This document shows positions 14,071-27,400 of a stretch of 64,000 nucleotides of DNA, piece by piece. The stretch is from the NCBI RefSeq assembly GCF_006345805.1, contig NC_042997.1, positions 180,234,001 through 180,298,000 on the forward strand, in the 5' to 3' direction. The position numbers and the translations under genes are program-made. Origin of the DNA: Octopus sinensis (Eukaryota). The number at the start of each line of letters is the position of its first letter. Position 1 is the first letter of the stretch. The notes beneath the pieces were generated by a model. It was not told the origin of the DNA. It searched no databases and worked only from the letters and a program-made list of their open reading frames with translations.

Positions 14071-15160
14071 AGAAAAGTGTAAGAATAGGTGACAAAGGAA
14101 GAAATGAAGTCAGAGAAGAAGCAAAATAAATTATGCTAAATAAATTATACAAATAAATTATGCAAATAAATTATATAAATAAAGCGAAATAGATTATACA
14201 AATAAATAATCCAATAGTTAAAATCCACATTAGAGAGATTTCGAAATGTAAATTTGTTCGGATGTTCTTCTGTCACTTAGTTTTTAAAATCCAAATAAAC
14301 GTCAGCATAATATGTTGAAAGATAATCGAAGAACGCATTAAGAAACTTATTTGCAAAATGTGTTTTAAATTGAAAATGGATCCGCACAAAAATTTTTGCA
14401 GAGCGTACAAGCTTGTAAGATATTATGGTGAGATTATATTCTTACAGAATGATGAGCATGATTGATATTGAAAGTAGTTTTCTGAAATTTCAGTCCTCAA
14501 CTGTTTCTGCCACAAAATTTTTTTTTCTTTGTTCTTGTTATTTCCTGCCGTTGGTGTATTTACTAATTTCATCCCAATGATATAATGTTGAAAATCTTAG
14601 CTAAAAGTTGCATCAAATGTTTCAGATGTGCGTATATGAACAGATTTGCTGAAAATAATGCATTACGAAATTTCAATTGACATTATATCTGATTTTTGGT
14701 TAATTAATTGTAAATATGAAAGATTTATCAGTGAATCTGTATTAAAATTACGACGGTCACTAGTTTCTATATGATACAGCAACATGAGATCAATTGTTTA
14801 TCAAATTATGGCATGCTAAACTTAAGATGCGCTAAATTTGTGACACGCTTTAGTTCTGGCCTACAGACGTATCAATAATCATGTATTTCTTCGACAGATG
14901 GGAATATTTAGAACATTGGATGAATAGATTCACACTTTGTAATCGATACATTTATGTATTATTTCGATGTGATATCTGGGAAAATTTTTATATATCGTGA
15001 GCATTAAAAAAAATTAAGAATCTTAGAATAGCCAATTCTTATTAGAATATTCCTGTATAAATTAGATTACGTCATAAATATTGCTTTTTTTCAGGGAAAG
15101 AAAATAACTCTTGCCGCATATTTGCTATCATTATATCTAAATTCCTGGTGGATCAATAAG

Positions 15161-15383
15161 GCTTTTACTCTTTTACTTGTTTCAGTCATTTGATTGCGGC
15201 CATGCTGGAGCACCACCTTTAATTGAGCAAATCGACCCCAGGACTTATTCTTGGTAAGCCTAATACTTATTCTATCGGTCTCTTTTTGCCGAACCGCTAA
15301 GTTACGGGGACGTAAACACTCCACTATCGGTTGTCAAGCGATGTTGCGGGGACAAACACATACACACAAACATGCACCCACAC

Positions 15384-15417
<34 letters not shown>

Positions 15418-15520
15418 GACGGGCTTCTTTCACTTTCCGTCTACCAAATCCACTCACAAGGCTTTGGTCGGCCCGATGCTATAAAAGACACTTGCCCAAC
15501 GTGCCACGCAGTGGGACTTT
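15161..15520 (-). mobile_element. tRNA-derived SINE, family B, 5'-truncated, with an internal microsatellite
   Basis: Reverse complement of 17277-17690. Confidence 0.9.
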
Positions 15521-16329
15521 GTGTGATTGGAAGATAAATATCAAAAGAGAGCAGAAGAATCACCTGGACACTTGGTGGGAATAAATCTTTCTAATTAGTT
15601 GCATTATATAACCTGGTTATTTTCAAATTAATTGTATGTTCGTATGTATGTTTGTATGTTTATCATAATTCAGTTTTATTTCAAAATGTCTTGTCAGTAG
15701 AGAAAGTGACGGTTTATAATGTTTTTGTACCTGTGATTGTAAATTCATAAGCGGTCACTCCAAAAGTCAGTCTGCAACTCAGTAAAATATGAAATATATA
15801 CTGCATAGCATATTTATATCCAAACATAACCATTACATGTTTAATATCTTAAGTGAGACTCAAATTCAAACACGCAACACGAAATCGCTAGTTAAGATCT
15901 TCACCACGCCGAATTCATCTAGTATTTTTAATAGTTTTGAAACAAAATGAATTCTTTACAAAGTAGAAAGCGAAGTAAAACAAAAGAAACGACAGGAGAT
16001 GAAATAGTTCAAAGATACGACGTTAATTGGATCAGATGAGAAACATAAACCTATTGAACAACAATATTTAATAACTACGATATTTTCTGTAAATATAGAG
16101 TATTCATAACATGTTTCAAATAATATTCATATTTCAACCGAGTTGCTAAACAATAGAGATGATATTTTTGAAGCATATACAAGACGAATTTTCGTATATT
16201 TAATTCTTAATATTCTAAATTTGAGTTAGAAATATTTTGTAAAATAACAGAGCTATTCATTCATTGATGTAAATTGTAGAACGTGATTAACGTAACACGA
16301 GGTAACAAGGAATGTACTGTTTCTCTCTG

Positions 16330-16363
16330 TGTATGCCTATGTATATACGTGAATGTGTGTATA

Positions 16364-16407
<44 letters not shown>

Positions 16408-16682
16408 ATATATATATGTTGATATACATAGGTGTATACCTTAATGCGTGTGTGTATGTGTGTGAGAGTGTGTGTGCATGCGTCTATGTATATCTAAATA
16501 TATTAAAACGAAGAGAGAGAGAGAGGGATTTAATGATTTAATGAGGGACAAAGACATCTTTATAGATATCAAAATATCAAATTTAATATTGTATGAATAC
16601 ATTGTCTGTCTGACTCTCTCTCTCCCCCCTCTCTCTCTCTCTTTATCTATCTTTCTATCTATCTAGTTATCTATCTGTCTAA

Positions 16683-16736
<54 letters not shown>

Positions 16737-16790
16737 GTCTATATATCTATCTATCTATCTATCTATCAACAATATGTGTGTCTGTGTATA
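16330..16790. repeat. Microsatellite cluster (TA/TG/GA/TCTA)
   Basis: Seen directly. Confidence 0.9.
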
Positions 16791-17276
16791 TATTTATAAT
16801 TACTACAATTATTTTTATCATTGTATAAACATAGATTCTGCATAAACAAAAGGGTGATTAACACTACATATGACATTATACTAACTTATAGGTACGTAGA
16901 AACACTGATTCACTTCAATGGTGAGGTTTCCAACAGTATACATTTCCCAGGATATCTATACATAAATAAGAAGAGGAATACAAAATATGCACACAAGTGT
17001 ATATGCTGGCACACAGTTATATGCTTACATTCGAAACACTATGTATCTGCAGATTTAGAGATGCTGATAACAACAACAGAGATACTTTGAAATATATGAT
17101 TGACCTCTATATCCGAGTTCTATGAATGTTACAACATTGATGTGAGTGAAATGCATGATTTATCTAGAGCATAGGAGTTGGCCGCGTAATAAGACCTTTT
17201 CGCTGTAGACTTCCTGAAGAAAGGGCCTTCATCATTAAGTACTGAAATAACAAACAATAATACAAAAACTTGACCC

Positions 17277-17690
17277 GTAGGCGCAGGAGTGGCTGTGTGG
17301 TAAGTAGCTTGCTAAGCAACCACATGGTTCCGGGTTCAGTCCCACTGCGTGGCATTTTGGGCAAGTGTCTTCTGCTATAGCCCCGGGCCGACCAATGCCT
17401 TGTGAGTGGAGTTGGTAGACGGAAACTGAAAGAAGCCTGTCGTATATATGTATATATATGTATGTGTGTATGTGTTTGTGTGTCTGTGTTTGTCTCCCTA
17501 GCATTGCTTGACAACCGATGCTGGTGTGTTTACGTCCCCGTCACTTAGCGGTTCGGCAAAAGAGACCGATATAATAAGTACTGGGCTTACAAAGAATAAG
17601 TCCCGGGGTCGATTTGCTCCACTAAAGGCGGTGCTCCAGCATGGCCGCAGTCGAATGACTGAAACAAGTAAAAGAGTAAAAGAGTAAAGA
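17277..17690 (+). mobile_element. Full-length tRNA-derived SINE, family B
   Basis: A-box tggctgtgtgg, B-box ggttcagtccc, central (TA)(TG) tract, (AAAAGAGT)n tail. Further copy at 44350. Confidence 0.9.
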
Positions 17691-17719
17691 AAGTATTATG
17701 AATTCTTTATATCATGCAT

Positions 17720-18030
17720 TTTGAGGGCGGACATGTTACTAGGCAGACTATGAAGGAACGATGCTAGAGCTATGAAATCTTATATGCATTCAAGGTGAAA
17801 TGACATCTGACAGTTCAAAGAAGAGTTCTTCAGAAACTGTCATCGTGATGTCATCAAGTACTTACAGAAAAGGTGTTTAGCCCTCAAGTGCATTCATGCT
17901 AAGGTGATTGTTATATTATGTGATGACGCTTCAGTTTTATCAACGGTGCAATAGTGGACATCTGATTCTAGGAAGAGGAGAGGGATTGAAGATGACCCAA
18001 GGTCTGGATGTTCTGCAACTGCCACCACCA
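17720..18030 (+). mobile_element. Mariner transposase N-terminal (HTH) remnant
   Basis: HRDVIKYLQKK...IHAK...DDASVLSTVQ*W....IEDDPRSGCSATATT matches the mariner pattern LEDDPRSGRPATATT. Confidence 0.7.
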
Positions 18031-18372
18031 CACATCACACCTTTTTGCTCTGCCTCTCCTATATTTTCTTGTCCATCCGGTGCTTGAACACTCCCCTCCT
18101 CTCCACCCTTCAGCAACCTGCATCCTCATTCGCCTTACTATTATTTGGCTTCATCTTCTCCCATTCTAGTTTTATATTTCCCTTCATTATGCTCTGAAGT
18201 GGTAGATGCCACTCTTTGACTTCTTTCGTTTTACATGTTTATATATATTCATATTTTTCTTTTTCATACCCAAGCTGTTACATTTAATATACTTAATTTG
18301 TTTATCCGCATAAATGCCACTGTATAAATATCTATGTACTTATACATGAATATTCATCAGATTATTTTCAGT

Positions 18373-18446
<74 letters not shown>

Positions 18447-19022
18447 CCAATTAAGGACTGAACACGAAAGGTGGACAGTCAACATGCTAGATATAGACGT
18501 CAAATCGCCATTCTCCACAAAGATTTTGTTCTCAAATAAAAATAAAATTCAGCACGACCTAAAGCAATGGATAAGACAAAAGAAATATACGAAATGGAAT
18601 AATCACCTACGTACCGTACAGTTTCAGCTATTAATATCACAAGGATATCTGTAGCTTCGTCAGCGTAGTTTGTTATGAGCAGAATATGCTGTACTAGATG
18701 AAAAACGGTACCGGAGTCCCGCATGCAAAAAGTACAACCTATTATGTTCGGATGTATTTTTCAAATGCCTCTACTTTTGGCGCGCTGATAATCGAAAAAC
18801 CAGCCTGCAGCTAATAATTAGCAGCAGTCAATTTATCGGTTTGAGAACATATATTTCATATTTAAAAATTAAGGGTAAAAATTGATGTTAGTCAATTAAA
18901 ACCAGTGGTCTAGCACATTAAAAAGAATCCGAAGATTAAAATATTTATATATACCAATTAAGGACTGAACACGAAAGGTGGACAGTCAACATGCTAGATA
19001 TAGACGTCAAATCGCCATTCTC

Positions 19023-19026
<4 letters not shown>
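18447..19026 (-). mobile_element. Terminally redundant 507-bp unit carrying an HHR (retrozyme- or PLE pLTR-like)
   Basis: Identical 73-bp direct repeats at 18447-18519 and 18954-19026, (TA)n on both flanks, internal HHR. Confidence 0.7.
18607..18668 (-). ncRNA. Type I hammerhead ribozyme, intact core
   Basis: Stem I CUACG/CGUAG, CUGACGA, stem II AGCUA/UAGCU (plus AUAUC/GAUAU), GAAA, stem III ACUGUACGGU, triplet GUA. Confidence 0.85.
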
Positions 19027-19073
<47 letters not shown>

Positions 19074-19150
19074 TTGCATGTACATATGTATGTATATGTT
19101 ATATATCAAGCCCATGCATTTTAATTATTTTTGTTGCAACATTATCTCCC

Positions 19151-19181
<31 letters not shown>

Positions 19182-19412
19182 AGACACGCGCGCACACACA
19201 CACATCTATCTATCTACATATATATATGTGTATGTGTGTCTGTATAATAGAAATAGGTTTCAAAGAAAGACGACTACATGTGGTATAAAAAGGGGAAAAT
19301 GCACACAAGAATAAAAGTAATGGCTTTTGAATATATATCAAAGCCATCACTTTTATACCTAGTGCGCATTTCCTTTGTTTCTTTTTATTTATCGGCTCTC
19401 TCTCTCTCTACG

Positions 19413-19478
<66 letters not shown>

Positions 19479-19978
19479 CATACATATTACACGGCGGGTT
19501 TCATTCGGTTTCCGTGTACTAAATCCACTCAGAAGCCTTTGGTCGGCTTGAGGCTATAGTAGAAGCCACTCTTAACCTTGCTAAATGAGTAGTAAATATT
19601 TTCATAACGAAATTGATACGATGGAAACATATCAGTTGCGTTTCTAGCTTGGCTTTAATATCCAGAACCTCTCACGCATTTGAATTCGTCAAACTGAGAT
19701 AATTTTAATAACGTTATTTCTTTGCTGCTTCTCAAATACTTGTTATATTTAACTCGTTATATTTCAGTTTTTAAATTCCCCATTATATCTGTGTTATCGA
19801 AACTTTACCCAGCAGAAGTCTCCTTCGATCATTTCTTTTATACTTAGAGAAACATTATGTGCTCGCAACGCAACTGTAATTTCGGTGGTAAAGATTGATT
19901 ATAACTTATGCCGTTTTAGTAAATTCGGTTTATTACCTTAAAATGTGTAATAGATGTTTAAATAAATCATATCAAGTA

Positions 19979-20013
<35 letters not shown>

Positions 20014-20510
20014 CATATTACACGGCGGGTTTCATTCGGTTTCCGTGTACTAAATCCACTCAGAAGCCTTTGGTCGGCTTGAGGCTATAGTAGAAGCCAC
20101 TCTTAACCTTGCTAAATGAGTAGTAAATATTTTCATAACGAAATTGATACGATGGAAACATATCAGTTGCGTTTCTAGCTTGGCTTTAATATCCAGAACC
20201 TCTCACGCATTTGAATTCGTCAAACTGAGATAATTTTAATAACGTTATTTCTTTGCTGCTTCTCAAATACTTGTTATATTTAACTCGTTATATTTCAGTT
20301 TTTAAATTTCCCCATTATATCTGTGTTATCGAAACTTTACCCAGCAGAAGTCTCCTTCGATCATTTCTTTTATACTTAGAGAAACATTATGTGCTCGCAA
20401 CGCAACTGTAATTTCGGTGGTAAAGATTGATTATAACTTATGCCGTTTTAGTAAATTCGGTTTATTACCTTAAAATGTGTAATAGATGTTTAAATAAATC
20501 ATATCAAGTA

Positions 20511-20513
<3 letters not shown>
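19479..20513. repeat. Near-perfect tandem duplication, period 531 bp, bounded by (TA)n
   Basis: 19479-19981 versus 20010-20513; one 1-bp indel seen. Each unit starts with a SINE-B fragment. Confidence 0.95.
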
Positions 20514-20550
<37 letters not shown>

Positions 20551-21450
20551 GTACATCACATCATGTTTGTTTATTTCTGATATATCATTGTAATATAAAT
20601 ATAAAGAAGGAAAATCTATCTTTAAATCTTATGTTTTGAAGGAATGTGACCCCCCCCCAAAAAAAAAGACAAAAAGTACATATAATAAATTTTTGTGTTA
20701 AATAAATCTGAAAAGCTTTAATTAAATAATGAGGTTAATCAACATCAGGTTCGAAAGTAATTCCTTTCACATTAAGGAACTTGTGTAATTACTTTTTTTT
20801 TCCCCATTTCCTCTTTTTCTAACAGAGAAACGCGATTAACAGTGTGTTTCATGTATGAAGAAAGCTAGCGAGAAAAAGGCTATGAGATTTTGTTTAATGA
20901 AATGATGTTGTTTTTCTTAGCTTGATGATTACAAGTTTCTAACACACAGCTCACAACATAATTGACAACTCTTTCCATAGTGAAAACTGAATAACACGAG
21001 AACGCTTTTGTGGGAATTTCCATCATTTCTTCAATATCTCAGTGTAAATGCTGAATGCCTGTGATCACATTCCTGTATATCTCACTACGGGAAAAAATGC
21101 AAACAAATAAATCCAACGCAGTGAGATCAAGTATTCTAAGTGACAAGAATCGAGATCCAGCTTTTCCTTACCAACGAATGAGCAGATGTGCATTACGGAA
21201 TTGTTGTAAGTTGAGACCCCAGAGTAGCACAGCATGTTACTGTATAATGGTGATTGAGAATATATTTCCCCTTTCATATTTTGGACCAAAAGTTTTCGAG
21301 AACATTTTTCTCAATTTGGTATCATTGTTATAGTGGTGTCCACATGAATGATAAGGACCAAATAAAAATAATAATAATGATGATGATAAAATAAAAAATA
21401 AAAATAATAATAATAATAATAATAATAGTAATAACAATAATAATAATAAA

Positions 21451-22005
21451 TGCCCTGATGCTGTACCAGGCAGTGGCTCTCGTGGCTTCTGATCTTAACT
21501 GATTGGAAGTGTTATCATGTACATCGTTAGGTCTTGGTATAAAAGACGGGCTACAGTAAATATTCTGCTCAATACCACAGATTTGCTTGTCAGTTGTTTG
21601 ACCTTAACCAGTTGAGCATGTCCCTTAGTGGCTGATGATATGTGCATCTCTGATCACGAGCAGAAGTAGTGGGGGAGCATCATAGCCATGTGTTGAGAAC
21701 GGTTCTTTGGGGTTTGAATATTTCACCTCTGCAAACATGGGTGTTTCATTCAACATCCTTAAACAACCCTTATTCAGGGACCTTTTGAGCGGAATGGGTT
21801 ACTTGACCAGAAGAAAATTCTAACTGGGCCCCACCTGCAAGGTCATGTGCTGTTTATCTTGATATGAGATCACCATGTCGCGCACATATGGTTGTGATGC
21901 ACGTGCCTAGTGTACCCTTATCAGACGGGTAGTCATGATGGGTATACTGGGCTTCGTATATTTTACCCCAGTGTCACTTTGATGGCATGCACTGCTCTCT
22001 CACTC
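21451..22005. mobile_element. 555-bp dispersed element flanked on both sides by (AAT)n arrays
   Basis: Same termini (TGCCCTGATGC ... GCTCTCTCAC[T/G]C) as 62700-63262. AAT arrays at 21361-21450 and 22006-22131. Confidence 0.9.
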
Positions 22006-22054
22006 AATAAAAATAATAATAATAATGATAATAATAATAATGATAATAATAATG

Positions 22055-22132
<78 letters not shown>

Positions 22133-22419
22133 TGCTGTGTACCTTAAACAAAAGTTAACATTCGGCGATTGAATGTCAAGAGAGTTTTCATAATTTCACG
22201 CCCGTCCATTAAATTTCTTCATAATGTTACCAGTAAGACCAGTAGATTCCTCACAGATTAACATCTTTCAAAGATAGGTGCATTACTGATTATTTCGTCA
22301 ATTACGTAATGGCTTACCACTCGTTTTTCGTGTTTATCATCTCGCTATATTTCTGACGCATTGCCAAATGAAAAGTTTTCATGCCACTACATTTTAAATG
22401 CATTTTAATAGAGCTGTAA

Positions 22420-22695
22420 GAAGTTATATAGAGAAACTTTGAAGCCTAACAAGATGAACTATGAAGATTTTATGGAAAGTAAATGATGAAAGATGTTTAT
22501 ACTTCAATGCGTGTATTTCTGGTTCAGGCCTAAATAGGTTTTCAACTGCAATCGCATACACACACACACACACACACACACCACACACACACACATATAT
22601 ATATATATACATATACACGCACGCACACACACACGCACGCACACACACACACACAAACACACATATATATATGTATGTACAGTGCATGTGCAATG

Positions 22696-22726
<31 letters not shown>

Positions 22727-22750
22727 TCACACACATATGTGTATATAATA
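22420..22750. repeat. (CA)n/(TA)n microsatellite region (array from about 22555)
   Basis: Seen directly. Confidence 0.85.
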
Positions 22751-22751
22751 A

Positions 22752-23060
22752 AGGCACGTGGCTTAGTGGTTAGGGTATTCGCCTCATGATCACTAAGTCG
22801 TGAGTTCAATTCCCAGCAATACATTGTGTCCTTGAGCAAGACATTTTATTTCATGTTGCTCGAGTCCACTCAGCTGGAAAAAAATGTTTAGTACCTGTAT
22901 TTCAAAGGGCCAGCCTTATGACACTCTATGTCACGCTGAATCTCCCTGAGAACTACATAAAGGGTACACGTTTCTATCGAGTGGTCAGTCACATGCACGT
23001 TAATTTCACAAGCAGTTTGTTCCGATAATCGGATCAACTGGAAACCGTATCGTCGTAACC
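22752..23060 (+). mobile_element. tRNA-derived SINE, family C
   Basis: A-box tggcttagtgg, B-box gagttcaattcc. Body shared with 33886-34198. Confidence 0.85.
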
Positions 23061-23198
23061 AGATATGTACAGTATGGGGCAGAGAGGACCGACGGTTTTA
23101 AAATGGCTATTAGTCAGCCCCAGATGAAAGAACATATGTCCCATAGGTACGATACATATATATATATAAGCATCTATACATATATATATGTACATACC

Positions 23199-23283
<85 letters not shown>

Positions 23284-23499
23284 GCGTATATGGGTACAGG
23301 AAGTAAAAAAACCTGAAAACATGAACAAAATGAAAAACGAGAACATTTAAAAACAAAAACAGGGAAAAACCATCATTTTTACGAACACCGAAAGCAACAA
23401 ATATAGAAATGAGACAGGCAACATAAAGAACAATCTCCTCATCAGCTGTCCTCTGTTTTATCTACTCCTCGTTTCGGACGTACACTGATAGAATAAACA

Positions 23500-23900
23500 C
23501 TAGGCTTGCAAAGAATAAATCATATTTGTCGATTTGTTCGACCAACAGCGGTGCCCCAGCCGTGCGTCACATGACTAAAACTAATAAAACAATATAAAAA
23601 AACTATTCCATTGTAATTTGAGCAAGACTGGTTATATCTGATACTAATTAAAATGACGTTTTTTTTATTGTTTTATTAGTTTCAGTCATGTGACTGCGAC
23701 CATGCTGGAGCACCGCCGTTGGTCGAACAAATGGACCACATGATTTATTCTTTGTAAGCCTCGTACTTATTCTATCAGTGTCTTTTGCCAATTTGCTATG
23801 TTATGGTAACGTAAACACAGCAAAATTGGTTGTCAAGCGTTGGTGGGGGTACAAACACACACACACACACACACACAAATATACACATATATACGACAGC
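23500..23900. mobile_element. Two SINE-B 3' fragments, tail-to-tail (23500-23600 plus; 23665-23900 minus)
   Basis: Both match the tail of 17277-17690, in opposite orientations. Confidence 0.75.
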
Positions 23901-24169
23901 CTACATTTAATTTGTTACAATCACCGTCACTTGTACACGAGTGGCACTCTATTTTGTCCACTTAAAAAAAGGATTTAAAGCAATATAGAGAGTGAGAACA
24001 TCGCAACAAAATCTCTTCGACGCAATAATAATAATCCCCTAAACTCCAGATTGGAATAGCAGAAAACATGCGAATTGGATTTCTGAAACAGCTTGGTACA
24101 TAGTGTGAAATACCCTTGTTTTAAGAAGATTAATACACAGACATTTATATATATATATATATATATACG

Positions 24170-27100
24170 CAAAAATAAGCAACAAGAATGACTCCGGTAA
24201 TTTGGTACAATTGTTTCGCACTACAACATTTTATTAAAAGTTGTAATTATTACAGCAGATTTAAGATGTTGATTGCTCTTCAGCCAAAAATATAGGTTTA
24301 CCAATAATACAAAAGCTTTTAAATCAAGTAGTAACATTTTAGAGATAAAGATGTAGAATTAAATTTTAAGAACATTAGGTTGTGAAGTCCAGCCACTAAT
24401 TGACCAAAACTATGGTTGTGTTTAACTAGTTGTAGGAGTGTGTGTAAGGAGGTTTCATAATACCATAAAAGGAATTCAAGTTAGTTGTAGGAAATAGGGT
24501 AAGAAAGATTTCAGAATACCATAAAATGAATTTAAGTTGCCACTAACAAAATGCCAATTATTGCTATATGGTGAGAAGAAACTAGGTCAGTGTCAAAAGG
24601 TCATTTATCTCCTTTACAAAAAGTAGGGGGAAAATCTATCAGTTATTATTATGAGAAGACATTGAATTTTATAGTTGGGGGATAGCTTTATTGGTTTTAA
24701 AACTAGATTAGATTTAGAAAAAAAATTCAATTTCAAATTTACAGTGAAGTATTTTTAGTCCTCTATGAAAGTTAAGTTGAAGGTTAGTATAGTATATTTC
24801 ATTTTAATATTATAATATAGTAATACTCATAATTTTTATTTAAAGTATTTAAACGTTCTAGATGTGGAATGTATGCAAGAGTATCCCAACTCTAGACGAT
24901 TATTCAATAGATTTATATTACTCTGATGTTTTAAAATTTCATAAATTTCCATAGAACAAAGTTGGCAACCTTCCCTACTTTTTCTATAAGGTTTCGCCCT
25001 TCTAACTATATCCCATTTTAGGTTGAATCCTATATTATTTGTTTTTAGTTCCCAAATTTTGCTAGATAGCGTTGTGCAACCTGCCTTATGTTTTAGTCTA
25101 AAAGAGGAAAAATTATTGTTAAGACGTTTCTTAAAATCCACCGAACATCCGAAATAAAGAAAGCTATTGTTATAAGTTATTATCGTGCATTTATAAATTA
25201 CGTTTTGGACCGAACAACGACCAGATACCGGACATTTTGATCTAATCCTACAATTACAACTGGGAGGATAGTATTCAGATTTGGAATTATTTAAGGATAG
25301 TTCCTCAACATTACTGTTATCTAAATTATTATTAGTATTAGTATTATTGTCATATTAGTGGTCATGCTAATATCCAAATTAGGGTTACTATTTATTAATC
25401 TATCTTCACCATCATTCTCACCTACCATACTTTTACCTATACTATCTGAATTATTGGTATTGTTATTATCATTATTTATATCAACGTTGTTATTATTATT
25501 ATTATTATTATTGTTATTTCTATTGTTGATGCTGTTATTACAATTATTATTATTATCTTTGTTGTTACTATTCATTCTACTCATGGCTAACTTAATGTTT
25601 CTTACTATTAAGTCTAGCTATTATGGTAGCCATGTTTGGGAGGGTTGAATATGAAATTCTTACTGATCTCCTAGAAATTATTTTATGATATTTATGGGAG
25701 GCTGGGAAATTTTTTCTAGTATAGATTTAAATCTACTGTACACATTCGTCGAGATCACACAATTAAAGGGGATATTTAGCCAAATGATATTTTCTCTTTT
25801 ATATTTTTTGTTTAAGTACGAGTGGGAAGGATTTGTGTTATCAGTATTCGAACGAGAATTATTACTCTTTTTACTACTATTTTTATGCCTATCAGATTTA
25901 TCTAGGTTGGTATTTTCATATTTATTTATGATCTGGTCCCTTTTTTATTCTTATAATTTGGTTTATACACTAGGCTTTTCTTCTCCATTAATTTATATTT
26001 ATGTAGGGTATGAGAGTTATTATTACTTACGTCATTTATATTCACTTCATTATTTGGGAGATTTGAACTATCCTTATCAAGAAAGGTAATTTCTCGGTCA
26101 CATCCCGCTTTGGCCAATGCTATATTGTATTGGTTAGAGTGAGAGTTAAGTATATAACTATTAGATGATAATTTTGTAATTCTTTGGGAAATATTTCTAA
26201 CTAATGATTTTAATATATTCGGGGGATGATTAGATGACTTACTTACATATCTAGTGACCTCGCCCTCCTTTCTAAATGGGTAATGTAATTTTGAATTTAG
26301 GTCTAGGGTAACATCTAAGAAATTAACTATCTTAGTGCTAGGTTCATAAGTGATGTCTAAGTTAAAAATTTATTAATTTTCGTTTTTATCCTCTCAATAC
26401 TTGATTTACTATTGCTAGGTACAACGAACAAACATCATCCTTATATAGACCACCTTGTAACTCAGGGATATCCTTGTTTATGCATTTTAATAAGTATGCT
26501 CCTACCAGATTCGTTACCTCCGCTGAGTCACTAGAGCCCATAGGTATATCAAAATTATTAGGTGTATGCGATTCATAGCAAAAATAAGTGATTTGTTTAG
26601 TAGAATGGGGGGTATACTAGAATAGTAATTGTTAATATTAAACTGCATAAAAGAAATTCTATTAGTGTTATCTAGAGATTTAAACCAATCTATCACTTCA
26701 TCTGTATTAATCCATAGACTCAAGGGGAGATTAGGAATTATATGGGGTAGAATATTGTCCAAAATAGATTTGCTAAGTCGGCCAATGTCCGACTTAGTTG
26801 GACATATGAGCCTTACCGAGGGGTTTTCTAAGAAACTTTTCTTATGGTCCTTGAGATTGATCCTGGGTTCACATGGTATAAGAGGATCCGTTCTATCGGT
26901 CAGATCGTAATTCACCATAACTTTTTTGATTTCTAAATTTATCTCTCTCAAGCTTTTTTTGGTTGTTACTTTATACATTAATTTTAGTACTTTTTTAATG
27001 AGTTTGCTGTAAGTCGCATTATCCATTCTGTAAAGATTTTCAGTTTTATAAAGATCCCCTGTTTATTTTGAATAGATTTAATGAAATCCTTTAGATGTCT

Positions 27101-27400
27101 AAGGTGTGGATTGTATCTCAGTGGATGCTCCTTGAATTTTATATTTGTGATAAGGTCTAGTAGATCATTTTCAAAACTTTCGATCAATGGATTCGGAGGT
27201 GGTCTCTTCCTACTTCTAAAATCCTTTTTGTAGCGATTATCCAGGTGTGTTATTTGAGGGTCTTTTTTCTGTTTCGTATGGTAGTGGTAAGTAATCCATC
27301 TAATTCTTCGGATAAATTCATTGGTTCTGTGGATCAACAGCCATATGTATTCGTCCTTAATTAATGATTCTATTAAATACACTAGCAAATCTACCCATCT
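24170..27400 (-). mobile_element. Penelope-like element PLE-1, decayed (RT plus GIY-YIG endonuclease)
   Basis: N-terminal FIRRIRW..FENDLL, LKDHK..RLICPTKSDIGRLSK, FDIPMGSSDSAEVTNLVG, GLYKDD, NFLDVTLDL, NIIWLNIPF, CNCRIRSKCP..C..NVIYKC..YFG..FKKRLNN..LSSKIWELK..CQLC. Interrupted by stops and frameshifts. 3' UTR ends in an HHR next to (TA)n. Confidence 0.92.
24201..24288 (-). ncRNA. Type I hammerhead ribozyme at the PLE-1 3' end
   Basis: Stem I UUUGG/CCAAA, CUGAAGA, stem II GCA/UGC plus CAACAU/AUGUUG, GAAA, perfect palindromic stem III ACAAUUGU, triplet GUA. Confidence 0.88.

Noticed and set aside
17210-17250. CTGAAGA...GAAA spacing (similar cases at 5064-5135, 6258-6300, 45040-45085, 55285-55365, 56838-56870)
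   Set aside because: One or more stems or core bases are missing; compatible with chance.
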